A stretch of DNA of 62,370 nt from a virus (IMGVR_UViG_3300023184_000125:1-62370), one strand, 5' to 3'. Shown: positions 9,739-20,999, counted from the first letter of the stretch. Program-made: numbers and translations. Notes: generated by a model not told the origin, from the letters alone.

Positions 9739-10428
9739 TTAATTTATTTTTGATACTTTATAACCTTTGGATGTTTTTATTAAATTATTGGAACATCTGT
9801 TTAAATTTGAAGATTCTAATCCATTTTCTTTGGCATATTTTGTTAAATTTTGAACTACAATTTGTTCTTCGTTTGGTTTTGTAATTAAATATCTACCATT
9901 ATAAGTAGTTTTCTTATTCTTTATTAACAAATTATATTTTTCTTTAACTAATTTATATTTATGTGGTTTATTTATTATACAACTAACATTATTAGGTTTA
10001 CAATTTAAAATTTCTGAAATTTTTTTAATTTTAATTCCTCTATTGTACATGTCAAACATTGATATGACTTCTTTATCAGTATATACTCTTTGAGCTTGAA
10101 ATTGATTTTCTATCGATTTTTTAGTTCTAATACGACCCAACGAACTTCCAGCAACTTTACATAGATTATAATTCGGTTTCAATATATTAATATAATATTG
10201 TTCTCTTTTTATACAATCTTCTTTTGAACAAACTTCTAATATTTCAAAAATCAAATCAACATCTGGATTTTTATTGTAAACTCTTTGAATAAATTTGCAT
10301 GGATTTTTATTTAAATGTAATAAACTTTTATGATTTGAAAATCTTTTTCTGAAACTTATTGACGCGCTTCCTATATAAAATTTATTATTAATAGGGTTTA
10401 TTATTTTATAAATTCCAGTTTTTTCCAT
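9739..10428 (-). mobile_element. Free-standing GIY-YIG homing endonuclease gene
   Basis: TGIYKI..NKFYIGSA..RKRF..H, REQYYI..YN; C-terminal HTH/NUMOD-like segments. The start could be 10455. Confidence 0.9.
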
Positions 10429-10471
10429 GTTAAATTGATTTAAACATATTAACATTTTAATTTATAATAAT

Positions 10472-10750
10472 TTAAGCCCAATCACGACAAGCCATTGCTT
10501 TAGGAGTTCCTGCTTTTGCTGAAGAGCACCCATGTCTTTTTTTAAATGATTTAGCACGTTTAGATTTTCCACTACCTACTCTAACGCCAGCTTGACCCCA
10601 ATGAATTCTTTTATATGATCCGTCTGATTGTCTGGCACATTTAGTCCACTTTTTACCTTTACGATTTGATGATGCTTTTTTAGTTGGTCCAGTACATTTA
10701 GATTCTTCTAAAATAGAAGAAACTAGTAGATCAAATTTATGGGTCTTCAT
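10472..10750 (-). CDS. Small basic virion-type protein
   Basis: KRIHWGQAG...RAKSFKKRHGC...ACRDW, a pattern typical of small basic proteins of T4-like phages; TAAGTA upstream. Confidence 0.65.
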   Translation of the reverse strand: MKTHKFDLLVSSILEESKCTGPTKKASSNRKGKKWTKCARQSDGSYKRIHWGQAGVRVGSGKSKRAKSFKKRHGCSSAKAGTPKAMACRDWA

Positions 10751-10829
10751 AATTATAATTATACTTAAATTGTAATTTTTAAACAAAATATAAAAATGAT
10801 ACTCTTTAATTGTAAATATTATATAACAT

Positions 10830-13313
10830 ATGTCAACAAGAACTATATCATCGCCCGGCGTTCAAATAACAGAACAAGATCTTACTATCACAACAAGACC
10901 ACTTGGAGCAACTGACGTTTTAATAACTGGATTTGCCCCTCAAGGTCCATCGGAAGATTTAGTATCTATTTCTGATATTACTGAATTTGAAGACATTTAT
11001 GGGGTACCAACTAATGCAGCTGAAAGATATTTATATCATTCCGCAAAACAAATTTTAAATACATCTCCCGCTAATCTTCAGGTATGTAAGTTACCATACG
11101 GTCCCGATGCGGGAACTGGATATTCAAATCAATATAGTGCTTTATTATATCCCGTTACTAGTTATAATGAAACAATTCAAACCTTAACATCATATAAGCC
11201 AGTAAACACAAAAACAATAGTTGGATTTAGTCTTGATGAATTATTAGCAAGCTTTCAGGGTTTAGGATATACCGATATAACTACAACAAGTCAACTTCTA
11301 CTTACATCAGGTCAAACGCTTACTTCTTCATTAGTCAAAACTGCGTCTGCATATTCAGTTTCAAACACTAATGGCACTACCACATTTTATTTACCATATT
11401 CTACGCTCGCTTTTGATACTAGTACTATTACGTCTTATCCAAGTGCATTGTCAGATTGTAATAGATATGAATTACAAGAACCAATTTCAATATTAATTGA
11501 TGATGTTTTACATTCAAAAATTTTAGCTAATGATATACCTTGGAAAGATTTGACATCAACATCTTTATCGTCAATAAAGTCAATAACTGATTTTTATAAA
11601 ATCGGTATGATTGTTATAAATGAATCGAAAAGATCGCTTAATGACAGCTATGAAGGTTATTATTTGGGTCTTTGCGATAATATTAATGTTAATCCATCAA
11701 CTAATTTTGACAGTGTAACTGCAATATATACTGCATCTTCACAAGTTTCATCAAGTGATTCGTTTTTTGCCACTCAAAAATATTTAAAAATACCAGAATC
11801 TCGTTTTAATTTTAAATTAACTCAAGACTATGATAAATTTGGTAGTAATAGTATTTCTGAAAAATTAGAATCGATTCCAACTGGTTTTGATTTTAAATCT
11901 GATAGTTATGACGATAGTTTGGTTGTTGCTCTTTTCAGATTAAAAACTTCAATATACAATCAAGATACGGTAACTTTAGATTATAGTATAGTTGAGGGGT
12001 ATACTGGTTCCATATGTTCCAATAGAACACAAAATAATCCAGCTTTCGGATTACCAAAAACATCATTTATAGATACTTTAGTTTATAATAAATCATCTAA
12101 TATTAAAATTGTAACCAATCCATATATATCTAATGCTCCCAATTGGTCAACCTCCGACGGCAAACCAGCCAAGAAAATTAGACTCAATGGTAAAATGAAA
12201 TCATTATATCCATGTTCTGTTTTTATACCAGCCAACGATAAAAAAAGTAAAGATTTAGGAAACATTCCCCTTAAATTACAAAACGTATTGAATCAAATTC
12301 AAAATCATGACACTATAACATTAGATGTAGTTGCTGAATGTGGATTGGGAACTATTTGGGCTGGCGCTAAGGCGAGAAGAGAAAAAGAATCAAATGAAAA
12401 ACAATATATATACGATGACACATACTTTATTGATATTAAAGATTTAAAATCAACAACTGGTGAAATTGTTACCGGTGTAAATTCTGATTATGCATCCATT
12501 TGTAATAAATTTAATACGTTTGCGAGTGAAAGAAAAGATCATTTATTTTTAGCAGATCCTTTGCGTTATATTTTCGTTCAAGGTAATAATTATAAAACAG
12601 TAGATAATAAAAACGGATTTATATTTTCTACTGATATATATTGGGCTATTAGAAATCTATATGCTTCTTATCAATCCAGTTATATGGCAACATATGGTAA
12701 TTGGTTGAAAGTATCCGATGATTTTTCAAATCAAGATGTATGGGTTCCTCCGTCTGGATATATATCTGCTATTATGGCTTCAACGTCACAGATTAATTTC
12801 CCATGGACGGCTCCTGCTGGGTTGAATAATGGAACATTGACAAATGTTTTAGATGTAGGCGTCGATGCTACACAAAAACAATCGGACATTCTATATAAGA
12901 TAAATGTTAACCCAATATCATTCTTCGGAACTGATGGATTCGCAGTATTCGGACAAAAAACATTATTCCGTAAACCATCTGCATTTGATAGAATTAATGT
13001 AAGAAGATTATTCTTAACATTAGAAAAACAAACTAAAGCATTATTGAAATATTATGTTTTTGAGCCTAATACATTCTCAACCAGACAACGATTGATTGGT
13101 TCATTGATACCTATATTCGATAAAGCCAAAATGAATGATGGTTTATATGAATACCAGATAGTTTGTGATGAAAGAAATAATACGCCAGAAGTTATTGATA
13201 ATAATGAACTTGCTATTTCTATCTATATTAAACCAGTTAGAACTGCTGAATTTATATTAGCAGACTTTATTGGTACGAGAACTGGTGTTGTATTTTCTGA
13301 ATTAATCGGATAA
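10830..13313 (+). CDS. Tail sheath protein, gp18-like
   Basis: SPGV..EQD, WVPPSG, PW.APAG, GQKTL, DRINVRRLF, FEPN, CDERNNT and IKPVRTAEFI motifs. Confidence 0.97.
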   Translation: MSTRTISSPGVQITEQDLTITTRPLGATDVLITGFAPQGPSEDLVSISDITEFEDIYGVPTNAAERYLYHSAKQILNTSPANLQVCKLPYGPDAGTGYSNQYSALLYPVTSYNETIQTLTSYKPVNTKTIVGFSLDELLASFQGLGYTDITTTSQLLLTSGQTLTSSLVKTASAYSVSNTNGTTTFYLPYSTLAFDTSTITSYPSALSDCNRYELQEPISILIDDVLHSKILANDIPWKDLTSTSLSSIKSITDFYKIGMIVINESKRSLNDSYEGYYLGLCDNINVNPSTNFDSVTAIYTASSQVSSSDSFFATQKYLKIPESRFNFKLTQDYDKFGSNSISEKLESIPTGFDFKSDSYDDSLVVALFRLKTSIYNQDTVTLDYSIVEGYTGSICSNRTQNNPAFGLPKTSFIDTLVYNKSSNIKIVTNPYISNAPNWSTSDGKPAKKIRLNGKMKSLYPCSVFIPANDKKSKDLGNIPLKLQNVLNQIQNHDTITLDVVAECGLGTIWAGAKARREKESNEKQYIYDDTYFIDIKDLKSTTGEIVTGVNSDYASICNKFNTFASERKDHLFLADPLRYIFVQGNNYKTVDNKNGFIFSTDIYWAIRNLYASYQSSYMATYGNWLKVSDDFSNQDVWVPPSGYISAIMASTSQINFPWTAPAGLNNGTLTNVLDVGVDATQKQSDILYKINVNPISFFGTDGFAVFGQKTLFRKPSAFDRINVRRLFLTLEKQTKALLKYYVFEPNTFSTRQRLIGSLIPIFDKAKMNDGLYEYQIVCDERNNTPEVIDNNELAISIYIKPVRTAEFILADFIGTRTGVVFSELIG

Positions 13314-13333
13314 AAACAATATAACAAATAATA

Positions 13334-13375
13334 ACAACAAAAAATAAAAACTTCACGGTTTTTATTTTTTGTTGT
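13334..13375 (+). terminator. Perfect 18-bp inverted repeat after the sheath gene (terminator or stabilising hairpin)
   Basis: ACAACAAAAAATAAAAAC-TTCACG-GTTTTTATTTTTTGTTGT. Confidence 0.7.
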
Positions 13376-13573
13376 ATAGTGTAGTCGTGTTTATGTTGTA
13401 TGTTTTTATCATAAAATACAACTTCTATTTTTAAATATAAAATATTAATGAAAAATATCATAAATTAAATTTCATCAACGACGAATATAAAACATATAAC
13501 CACTATCAAAAGATAATATTTTTAACTGAAAAATCACATAAAATGTATGCAAAATAGATAAGTATTTTTACAT

Positions 13574-14113
13574 ATGGCTGGATTATTAAATACAACAGGA
13601 ATTGAGAATTTTTACAATACAGCGGCGTCAAATGATTTCGCAAGACAAAATTTATTTAGAGTTATTTCACTAGGTGGAAATCGCTTTAATATGAACGAAT
13701 TATTGTATGTAACTGCAACAACATTACCAGGTAGAGCTATAAACAATATACAGGTTCCTTTTATGGGGTTACAGTTCAATGTCCCAGGAACCGCTCAATA
13801 TCCAAATTCAAATGGTTGGAATATTACGTTTAGAATACCCCAAAATTTATCAATAAGAAGAAAGTTTGAAGATTGGACTAAATCAGTATTCGATGATGCG
13901 ACCAGTACTGGAGCTTATAATATACCAAGTAAAGATGCTGATAATCAAGTTATTTTAACTCTTATAGATAAAAAAGGAAATGCATTAAGAACATACACTC
14001 TTTTTGGTGCATATTGTATAAATACCGGTGATATGACATTGGACGTAACTACTGCTGGTGATATTATAACCCAACAAGCGACACTAGCATATCAATACTG
14101 GAGATTGACTTAA
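13574..14113 (+). CDS. Tail tube protein, gp19-like
   Basis: ARQNLFRV, TLPG, VPFMG, W.ITF, R.KFEDW, Y.L.GAY, TLAYQYW; follows the sheath gene. Confidence 0.9.
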   Translation: MAGLLNTTGIENFYNTAASNDFARQNLFRVISLGGNRFNMNELLYVTATTLPGRAINNIQVPFMGLQFNVPGTAQYPNSNGWNITFRIPQNLSIRRKFEDWTKSVFDDATSTGAYNIPSKDADNQVILTLIDKKGNALRTYTLFGAYCINTGDMTLDVTTAGDIITQQATLAYQYWRLT

Positions 14114-14145
14114 TATAATAGTAAAATTATATAATTAATAATAAT

Positions 14146-14859
14146 ATGTTAGAGCGATATAAAAGTCCATATTCATATTATTTGGAGATGTTGGGAAATT
14201 GGCCAACTGGACTTGCCTTAGCCAGTCAATGGTTTATATCTTTTAATTTGGATTCTTTAAAAAGAAATCAAATCTTTGGAGATTTTTCTCGTAAATTAAA
14301 ATCGTTTGAAAGAAAAAGCGATTGGAATTTAAGTCGAGATAGTGCATTATATTTAACTAATAATTCTTTACATCATTCTGAAACTAGTTTGATGGGATGT
14401 ATATTTGCCAAGCAAGTTACAATGCCAAAAGAAACTATAAATTTATCTAAGGGTGGATTATCATATGGTGGTTATCAGGGACCATCAATTAGTTCTAATA
14501 GAGACACACACGAATCTTTAAATATTACTTTACTCGAAACTAATGCTTCTTTTTTAGATTTAATAATAAGACCGTGGATTATTTCGGTTGGTTATTTTGG
14601 TTTAGTGGCTAGAGATGTAGATTCCCCCAAGCGAGTAAAAATAGATAATGTTGATGTTGTAATGTTAGCTAAAGCTGGACAATATAATAAAATGCAAATA
14701 AGAAAAGTATATAGATTTTATAACGTAGCACCTGTTTCGATTGAGGGTGAAACGTATTCATACTCAGAAGAAGGATTAAAGTTTAGTAATGTTTCTTTTT
14801 GTTATGATAATTATAGCATATCAGACGCTAGTACTAGATTTTTACTAGATCTTAAGTAA
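14146..14859 (+). CDS. Tail tube-fold protein (gp54/gp19-like)
   Basis: V.MP, ITLLET, PW, Y.FYNVAP.SI, V.F.YD pattern; position after the tube gene. Confidence 0.6.
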   Translation: MLERYKSPYSYYLEMLGNWPTGLALASQWFISFNLDSLKRNQIFGDFSRKLKSFERKSDWNLSRDSALYLTNNSLHHSETSLMGCIFAKQVTMPKETINLSKGGLSYGGYQGPSISSNRDTHESLNITLLETNASFLDLIIRPWIISVGYFGLVARDVDSPKRVKIDNVDVVMLAKAGQYNKMQIRKVYRFYNVAPVSIEGETYSYSEEGLKFSNVSFCYDNYSISDASTRFLLDLK

Positions 14860-14869
14860 TTTATTTTAA

Positions 14870-15844
14870 ATGATATATTTTGATCATATATTAGAATTAC
14901 CTTATTCAAAGGTGATTTTAAAATTTAAAGAATTAACTACATCGCAACAAATTTTTATATGTAAATTAAATCTTTCTCTGCAAAATTCACCATCAGAATT
15001 ATATGATTTTTATATTTCAACTCTAGATATTATATCCGATTGTGTCGATAACTATCAAGATTTTAAAAAAATAGATATACTTGAATATGTTTTATTCATG
15101 ACAAAATTAAGATGTATCAGTAATGGTAACATTATAGAATTTGTAGTGTCTAATGAAAATGATGAATTTGCAAAAAAGAAAATAATTTTAAATTTAAATC
15201 ATTTTATTAAAAAAATATTAGACTTTAATGAAAATATACTAAATGGTGAAAATAATTTAATACAAGAAAAAGATATAAATGTTTTATTAAAATGGCCCTC
15301 TATTAATTGTATTGAACCGTTTTTAAAAATATTGAAAACTGAAAACGTAAATTATGATTTTTTAGATGATATAATGTATGAGTTTATTTCACATTTAGAA
15401 ATAAACAATACAACAATATATTTTAATAATTTTGATTCAATACAAAAAAGAGAAATAATTAATAAGTTTACCGTTAATTTTAAAAATAAAATACAAAATA
15501 AAATTTTAGAAATTTGTAATTTATTAATAGATGAGGAATTATTAGATATAGATTTTTTAAAGAATTATAAATTTAATTTTTTTAATTTGAATTTTATAAT
15601 GTTTGTAAAGTTATTTTTTTCATTTGATATGAGATCAATATATAAAGAAATATTTTTATTATCGTCAAATGGATTAGATTCTAAATATATTTTAGATATG
15701 TCACCCAACGAAAGAAAAATATATTTTTCAATTATAAATGAAAATAATAAATCATCATCAGATTCACCTGAAGATTCTGGAGTTGGTAATAATAAAACAT
15801 TAGAAGATTTAGCATTTGAGTTTAATGAGTTTACTGATAAATAA
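14870..15844 (+). CDS. Baseplate hub assembly protein (gp26-like, with a gp51-like C-terminus)
   Basis: LPYS...FKELT, YVLFMTKLRCISNG, LKWPS, MSPNERKIY. Confidence 0.6.
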   Translation: MIYFDHILELPYSKVILKFKELTTSQQIFICKLNLSLQNSPSELYDFYISTLDIISDCVDNYQDFKKIDILEYVLFMTKLRCISNGNIIEFVVSNENDEFAKKKIILNLNHFIKKILDFNENILNGENNLIQEKDINVLLKWPSINCIEPFLKILKTENVNYDFLDDIMYEFISHLEINNTTIYFNNFDSIQKREIINKFTVNFKNKIQNKILEICNLLIDEELLDIDFLKNYKFNFFNLNFIMFVKLFFSFDMRSIYKEIFLLSSNGLDSKYILDMSPNERKIYFSIINENNKSSSDSPEDSGVGNNKTLEDLAFEFNEFTDK

Positions 15845-15852
15845 TATAAATT

Positions 15853-16668
15853 ATGAATACTGATATAATCGATTTTAATGAGGCATTAAATTTAATAAAT
15901 TCTGTGGCTAAAGAATTCACAGTTGATATTTGGATTCCATCCATTAAAAAAACAATTAAATTTAGAGAAATGGATGCCAAACAACAAAAAATATTATTAG
16001 GCGTTGCGATTGATAATTCAATTTATAATAATGGGTTTACAAACTCATTCAATGAAATATTAAAAGATAATGTTGTAGAAGCTGATATAACATCAGATTT
16101 TTTAGAATCACTATCTTTAATCGATAAGGCATGTATCGCTATTTCATTACGAAAGCAAATATCAGACAATATTACTGTCGTATTTGATTCAAAAAATAAA
16201 ATATCCAGTAATTTTAAATTAAATGATATTATTGAAAAATTTAAAAGGTGTGAAACTCCCGAAAACTATACCGTGGAAGTTAATAATGAAAAAAATAGTT
16301 TGAAAATTTTATTAAAATATCCAACTATTAAAACTGAATTGGAATTTGATAAAGAGTTTTCTAAAAGTAATAAAAAAGCGGATCAGGTTAAAACACAAAC
16401 TGATGTTCAAGATATTATTACAGAAGCGTTTATATCGGAAACTACAAAATATATAAATAAATTATGGGTTTCTGAACAAGAAATATTATTTGATAATTTA
16501 TCCGCTAAACAAAAAATTCAAATAGTGGAAAGATTTCCAAGTAATATAATGCAAAAAATTCTAGAAACAATATCAAAGTGGAAAAACATTTCTGATGATA
16601 TTTTAAAAGTTGATTTTGAAGAACATTCAAAGGTGATTGCGATTGATAGTTTATTATTTTTGAATTAA
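15853..16668 (+). CDS. Baseplate hub assembly protein (gp26-like)
   Basis: IPSIKK.IKFR....QQK.LL, D...I.I.LR, LKYPT. Confidence 0.6.
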   Translation: MNTDIIDFNEALNLINSVAKEFTVDIWIPSIKKTIKFREMDAKQQKILLGVAIDNSIYNNGFTNSFNEILKDNVVEADITSDFLESLSLIDKACIAISLRKQISDNITVVFDSKNKISSNFKLNDIIEKFKRCETPENYTVEVNNEKNSLKILLKYPTIKTELEFDKEFSKSNKKADQVKTQTDVQDIITEAFISETTKYINKLWVSEQEILFDNLSAKQKIQIVERFPSNIMQKILETISKWKNISDDILKVDFEEHSKVIAIDSLLFLN

Positions 16669-16705
16669 CAGTCAAAAAAGAACAGCATATATAAGTATAT
16701 AATAT

Positions 16706-19120
16706 ATGTCTGATATTTTAGAGGTTTTATCAAAATTAGAATTTAATGGTACGGTAGATGCTAAAACATTTATCAACCAAATATTTTTTGAAAATGATCA
16801 AACACATCTTAATGATTTACGTAAATCTTTTAAAACTAAATTTTTAGATAAATTTGAAAAACAATTAAGTTCTATAACGACAAAAGATATAGATAATATA
16901 TTTGATCCTCTGGGGCTTTCGAAATCGGTTAGAAATATAGATGAAATAAAAAAAGATTTACAAGAATATAAATCTAAACTTAAAAAAACTTTAAAAAAGG
17001 CAAATAAAGATTTAGATGATTTAGAATCAAGTAAAACAGATAATCCTAATGATAAACCCACAACACCACAAGCACGTTCGCCGCAAGTAGAACCACCAGC
17101 ACCAACTGATAATAGTATTGGTGAACAACGTACTTTAGGTGAAGATATAACTACCGTTGAATTCTCTCCAAAAACTTCTGCTTATATAGATGATCTATTT
17201 GATACTTATGTAAATAAAGTGATAGACAAATCAGATAAAACTAATGAATTATTAGAAAATTATAATAATAATAATAATGTTTTAATTGACAGAAGAAAGG
17301 GTGAAGATGGTAGTTTTATAATGAATTTATTGGGTGTTGCTGGTGCGTTGCTTGCGACTGGAATTGGAATTTCTTTACTTGCTGCGAATTGGGAAGATCA
17401 TGTTAAACCTTGGTTAGAAGATTTTTTTGAAAAAAAAGGAGCTTTTGATTTCTTGGATAAATATAAAGGTATAGGAGAATCAGTTGGTAAGTTTTTTACT
17501 ATGGGTGGTTTAAATGTTGGCGGAGTATTATTTAAAAGTCTTGGTAATTTATTAGAATTTACATTAAATATATTCACTAAATCGGGACCGGGGTTGGCTT
17601 CTTCGGTGGCTTCGGATATGACATTATTAGTACCTAAAATTGTTCGAGCCACGAGTGGAATGATAGGTAGTGTTTTAAAATACACTTTGGGGTCTTTTTT
17701 TGAAGGTGGGTTGGGTGCTAAGGCCGCTGTTTCGGGTGCAGAAGGTGGATTTAAATCACTTTTACCTAAAATCGCGGGTGGTTTATTTCGAGGAATGGGA
17801 TCTGTAGCCCTTAGAGGAGTACCAATAGTTGGTACCTTACTTAGTTTTTATTTTGCTTTGGATCGATATGAAAAAGGTGATTATATTGGTGCTTTAATTG
17901 ATGTTGTGAGTGGCTTGGGGGACTTGTTATATTTTACTCCATTAGCGCCTCTTGCTCTACCCATATCATTAGGTGCTGCTGTATTGAATAGCATTTTAGA
18001 TTATAATGCTACGGGTAAAACACCAGAGGAAAAACAACAGAGTAAAATAGATTTCTTGGGTGGTATTGCTACCGGAACTTACAATCTAATTAAAAGAATA
18101 CCTTTTATTGGTGCTTTAATTCGCGGTTCGGAGGGTTATATGAAATTTGGTATGGCGATGGCTTCTGATGGCAATGCGGGTGATGTTATCTCTGGATTAA
18201 AAATGATGGAAGATAGTCCTTTTTCTATATTTCCCGCTATATTTTTACCATTTTATGAGGCGGCAGTATCTACTGATGCGTTAGGAAATAAAAAAATAAA
18301 ATTTGGTAATTTATATGTAGCATTAGGAAAGAAAATTTTGTCGGGTATGCCCGATTGGTTAAAATCTATTGTTGCTCCTTTTTTTGGAATAGATTCTCCA
18401 TTAGATGAACTTACAGCAATAGAATCTCCAGAAGATTTAGAATCTAAAATATATGAAACGGAACGTTTAGCAAAAAAGAAACAAAAAGAAATAGATACTG
18501 GGGGCGTAATTGATTCTGATAGAGAACAGGCCCAAGCAGAAGTCGATGCATTAGTCGAACGACTAATCGATCTTAAAGAGTATAGTCGATTAGAAAAAGA
18601 AAAACAACTCGAAAGAAACACCAAACGTCAAAATGATGAATTGGAAAAATATAAACGTATGGGTGAGGAAATGGATAAAAAAACATATGAACCAACACCA
18701 AGCATTATACCTAAATATGATAAAGATGGTAAACTAAATCCAAGAGGAGGTCAATTACAATGGGAAGAAGAAGATGTTGATGATAATGAAGAGAGAGGAA
18801 AGGTTAAAATCATTAATGGTAATCGAATAAAAACAACCCATAAAGATGATGTAACAGTAAGTGCCAAGCCAAATGGATTTATAGATAAAGGATTAAAAGA
18901 TCTTTCCAATATAATGAAAAGTGTTGATAGTAAATTATCAGACTTAATTAAAGTTCAAAAAACATCTTCCGCATCTACATCTCCAGTAGTCATTAATAAT
19001 TCAACAACTTCTAATAACTCTAATAATAATAAAGAATATCTCATGTCAGCCGTTCGAGATAGTAATTGGTTGCATAGAATGAATTATTATAGCGCATCAT
19101 TAAATTTAAAATCTGTATAA
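16706..19120 (+). CDS. Tape-measure-like protein
   Basis: 804 aa with Gly/Ala-rich hydrophobic helices (RGVPIVG, KRIPFIG), coiled coil and a C-terminal PVVINNS; lies in the tail module. Confidence 0.7.
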   Translation: MSDILEVLSKLEFNGTVDAKTFINQIFFENDQTHLNDLRKSFKTKFLDKFEKQLSSITTKDIDNIFDPLGLSKSVRNIDEIKKDLQEYKSKLKKTLKKANKDLDDLESSKTDNPNDKPTTPQARSPQVEPPAPTDNSIGEQRTLGEDITTVEFSPKTSAYIDDLFDTYVNKVIDKSDKTNELLENYNNNNNVLIDRRKGEDGSFIMNLLGVAGALLATGIGISLLAANWEDHVKPWLEDFFEKKGAFDFLDKYKGIGESVGKFFTMGGLNVGGVLFKSLGNLLEFTLNIFTKSGPGLASSVASDMTLLVPKIVRATSGMIGSVLKYTLGSFFEGGLGAKAAVSGAEGGFKSLLPKIAGGLFRGMGSVALRGVPIVGTLLSFYFALDRYEKGDYIGALIDVVSGLGDLLYFTPLAPLALPISLGAAVLNSILDYNATGKTPEEKQQSKIDFLGGIATGTYNLIKRIPFIGALIRGSEGYMKFGMAMASDGNAGDVISGLKMMEDSPFSIFPAIFLPFYEAAVSTDALGNKKIKFGNLYVALGKKILSGMPDWLKSIVAPFFGIDSPLDELTAIESPEDLESKIYETERLAKKKQKEIDTGGVIDSDREQAQAEVDALVERLIDLKEYSRLEKEKQLERNTKRQNDELEKYKRMGEEMDKKTYEPTPSIIPKYDKDGKLNPRGGQLQWEEEDVDDNEERGKVKIINGNRIKTTHKDDVTVSAKPNGFIDKGLKDLSNIMKSVDSKLSDLIKVQKTSSASTSPVVINNSTTSNNSNNNKEYLMSAVRDSNWLHRMNYYSASLNLKSV

Positions 19121-19121
19121 T

Positions 19122-20255
19122 ATGGCATTCTCATCTAATAAATTTGCTAAAGCTTCATCTAAATCTACTAAATTTGGTAAAATTAACATATCAAATTCTT
19201 ATTCTATATTAGAACCAGGTGGGGGTTCCGGTATAATTGACATATTAAATAAATTTAAATGGAAGAATTGGGGTTCGGCTGGTGAAGTTCCGGCTATATA
19301 TGCTGAAGAAAGATCATTATCATATGGAGTTTTTACAAATTCAATATTGAGTTTAATTGAACAAGGTAAAAACGTTTTAACCAATGAGGGTCTGGATATA
19401 TATTCTAAATTATATCAATCAGAACCTACAGGATTTAATTATGTTTTCCCATATTTATTGGGTGATGGTAGCAATATAAAAACTATAAGTAATCAATGGA
19501 GTCAAGTTGGCTCTGGTATTACGGAAATGGTTAATGGTATGTCAGGAACTAGTAAACCCGATGAAAAAAACCCATTTGCTGCCCAATTTGTTGCAAATTT
19601 AGTCGGCGCTGGTATTAATTTTGCGGCGGGATCTTTTTCTCCAGGTTGGGGTATGGAAGAATTATTCAAATTCAATAATACGGCAAGACAATCTTTACCT
19701 ATATCTTTTCCTCTTTATAATACTGGTGATATTGAAGATATATATTCAAATTTAAGTTTTATAAATTTATTTTCATATCAGAATTTAAAAAATAGAACGT
19801 CAATGATGACATATTTACCACCTAAAATATATGCAGTAGATGCAAAAGCATTGGGTGGTATTTACATGCCCGTCTCATATGTTTCCGATTTTAAAGTGGA
19901 TAGTATCGGAACCACAAGAAGAATGAGTGAATTAAAAAAATATGGTATATCAACCGCATTAATACCAGAAGCATATCGGATATCAATTACGTTTACTGAG
20001 TTGTTACCTCAAAGTGCTAATATATTTTTAGGTGCCTTGGGTGGTAAAAAAGTTAACGTTGTTTCTACTTCGGATTATGATAATTCAAATAATAGTAATA
20101 ATAATTCATCTAACCAATCAAATACTACTCCATCGCGCGCTATTATCATCACTAACCCATCAACTCCTAATGATACATTTTCAGAAATACCACAAAAATC
20201 TCAATCGATTCAAGGTCCGGCACCTGGAGGTATAATGCCTGCTATCACGATATGA
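19122..20255 (+). CDS. Baseplate/tail-tube initiator protein (gp48-like)
   Basis: R.....FPL.N, PP.IY, P.AYRISITFTEL; follows the tape measure gene. Confidence 0.55.
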   Translation: MAFSSNKFAKASSKSTKFGKINISNSYSILEPGGGSGIIDILNKFKWKNWGSAGEVPAIYAEERSLSYGVFTNSILSLIEQGKNVLTNEGLDIYSKLYQSEPTGFNYVFPYLLGDGSNIKTISNQWSQVGSGITEMVNGMSGTSKPDEKNPFAAQFVANLVGAGINFAAGSFSPGWGMEELFKFNNTARQSLPISFPLYNTGDIEDIYSNLSFINLFSYQNLKNRTSMMTYLPPKIYAVDAKALGGIYMPVSYVSDFKVDSIGTTRRMSELKKYGISTALIPEAYRISITFTELLPQSANIFLGALGGKKVNVVSTSDYDNSNNSNNNSSNQSNTTPSRAIIITNPSTPNDTFSEIPQKSQSIQGPAPGGIMPAITI

Positions 20256-20611
20256 ATACTCAAGTAGAAAATCCAAATTCAAAGAATATGTCTATATATA
20301 GATATGAAAGATTTTTCACTTTATATGAAGATGAAGATAAATTTAAATTTTATAATTTATTACGGAATATAAATATAATTCCAGCTGATGATACTTCAGT
20401 AGAAGAAGAATATATAGTAAAACCGAAAGATACTTGGCTTTATATATCTTACAAATATTATAATACTATGGATTTGTGGTGGATGGTTTGTGAATATAAT
20501 AATATTGAAGATGCAACAAAATCACCACAAGTGGGAAGTAAGTTAAAATTATTAAAACCGGATTATATTTGGTATATAATTCAAGAATTGAATAGTCAAC
20601 TTAAAAAATAA
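20252..20611 (+). CDS. Baseplate wedge protein, gp53/LysM-like
   Basis: YIVKPKDTW..ISYKYY....LWW.VCEYNNI.D. Confidence 0.8.
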   Translation: MNTQVENPNSKNMSIYRYERFFTLYEDEDKFKFYNLLRNINIIPADDTSVEEEYIVKPKDTWLYISYKYYNTMDLWWMVCEYNNIEDATKSPQVGSKLKLLKPDYIWYIIQELNSQLKK

Positions 20612-20612
20612 T

Positions 20613-20999
20613 TTACAGTTCAGAAAATAATTTATTATAATCAAAATAAAATCTTACAAATATTTTTCTACCATTTTTTCGTTTAATTTCACCAAACGTA
20701 TAACAATATATTTTATTTTTATATTTAAAAACAAAACATTTATCCATTGTATTTAAAAAAAAATTTATTTCAAAATCTATTTCCGGTCTTTTAAAAAAGA
20801 ATTTTTCTATTTGATGTTCTGTTAACATATCAAATTTATCATCATTTTTTATACTTTCACAAATTGTTTGTAAAGTATTCCATAATCCTTTTTTATTTAA
20901 AATATCCAATTTATAAATGGGCCATTTAGTTATATAATTATATTGCAAATCTCCATTACCCATTTTTGTAAATTCTTGATATTTATTTGTTTTTTTCAT
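20613..20999 (-). CDS. Hypothetical protein
   Basis: 128-aa ORF (non-ATG first codon; start may be the internal ATG), inserted in opposite orientation within the late module. Confidence 0.5.
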   Translation of the reverse strand: MKKTNKYQEFTKMGNGDLQYNYITKWPIYKLDILNKKGLWNTLQTICESIKNDDKFDMLTEHQIEKFFFKRPEIDFEINFFLNTMDKCFVFKYKNKIYCYTFGEIKRKNGRKIFVRFYFDYNKLFSEL

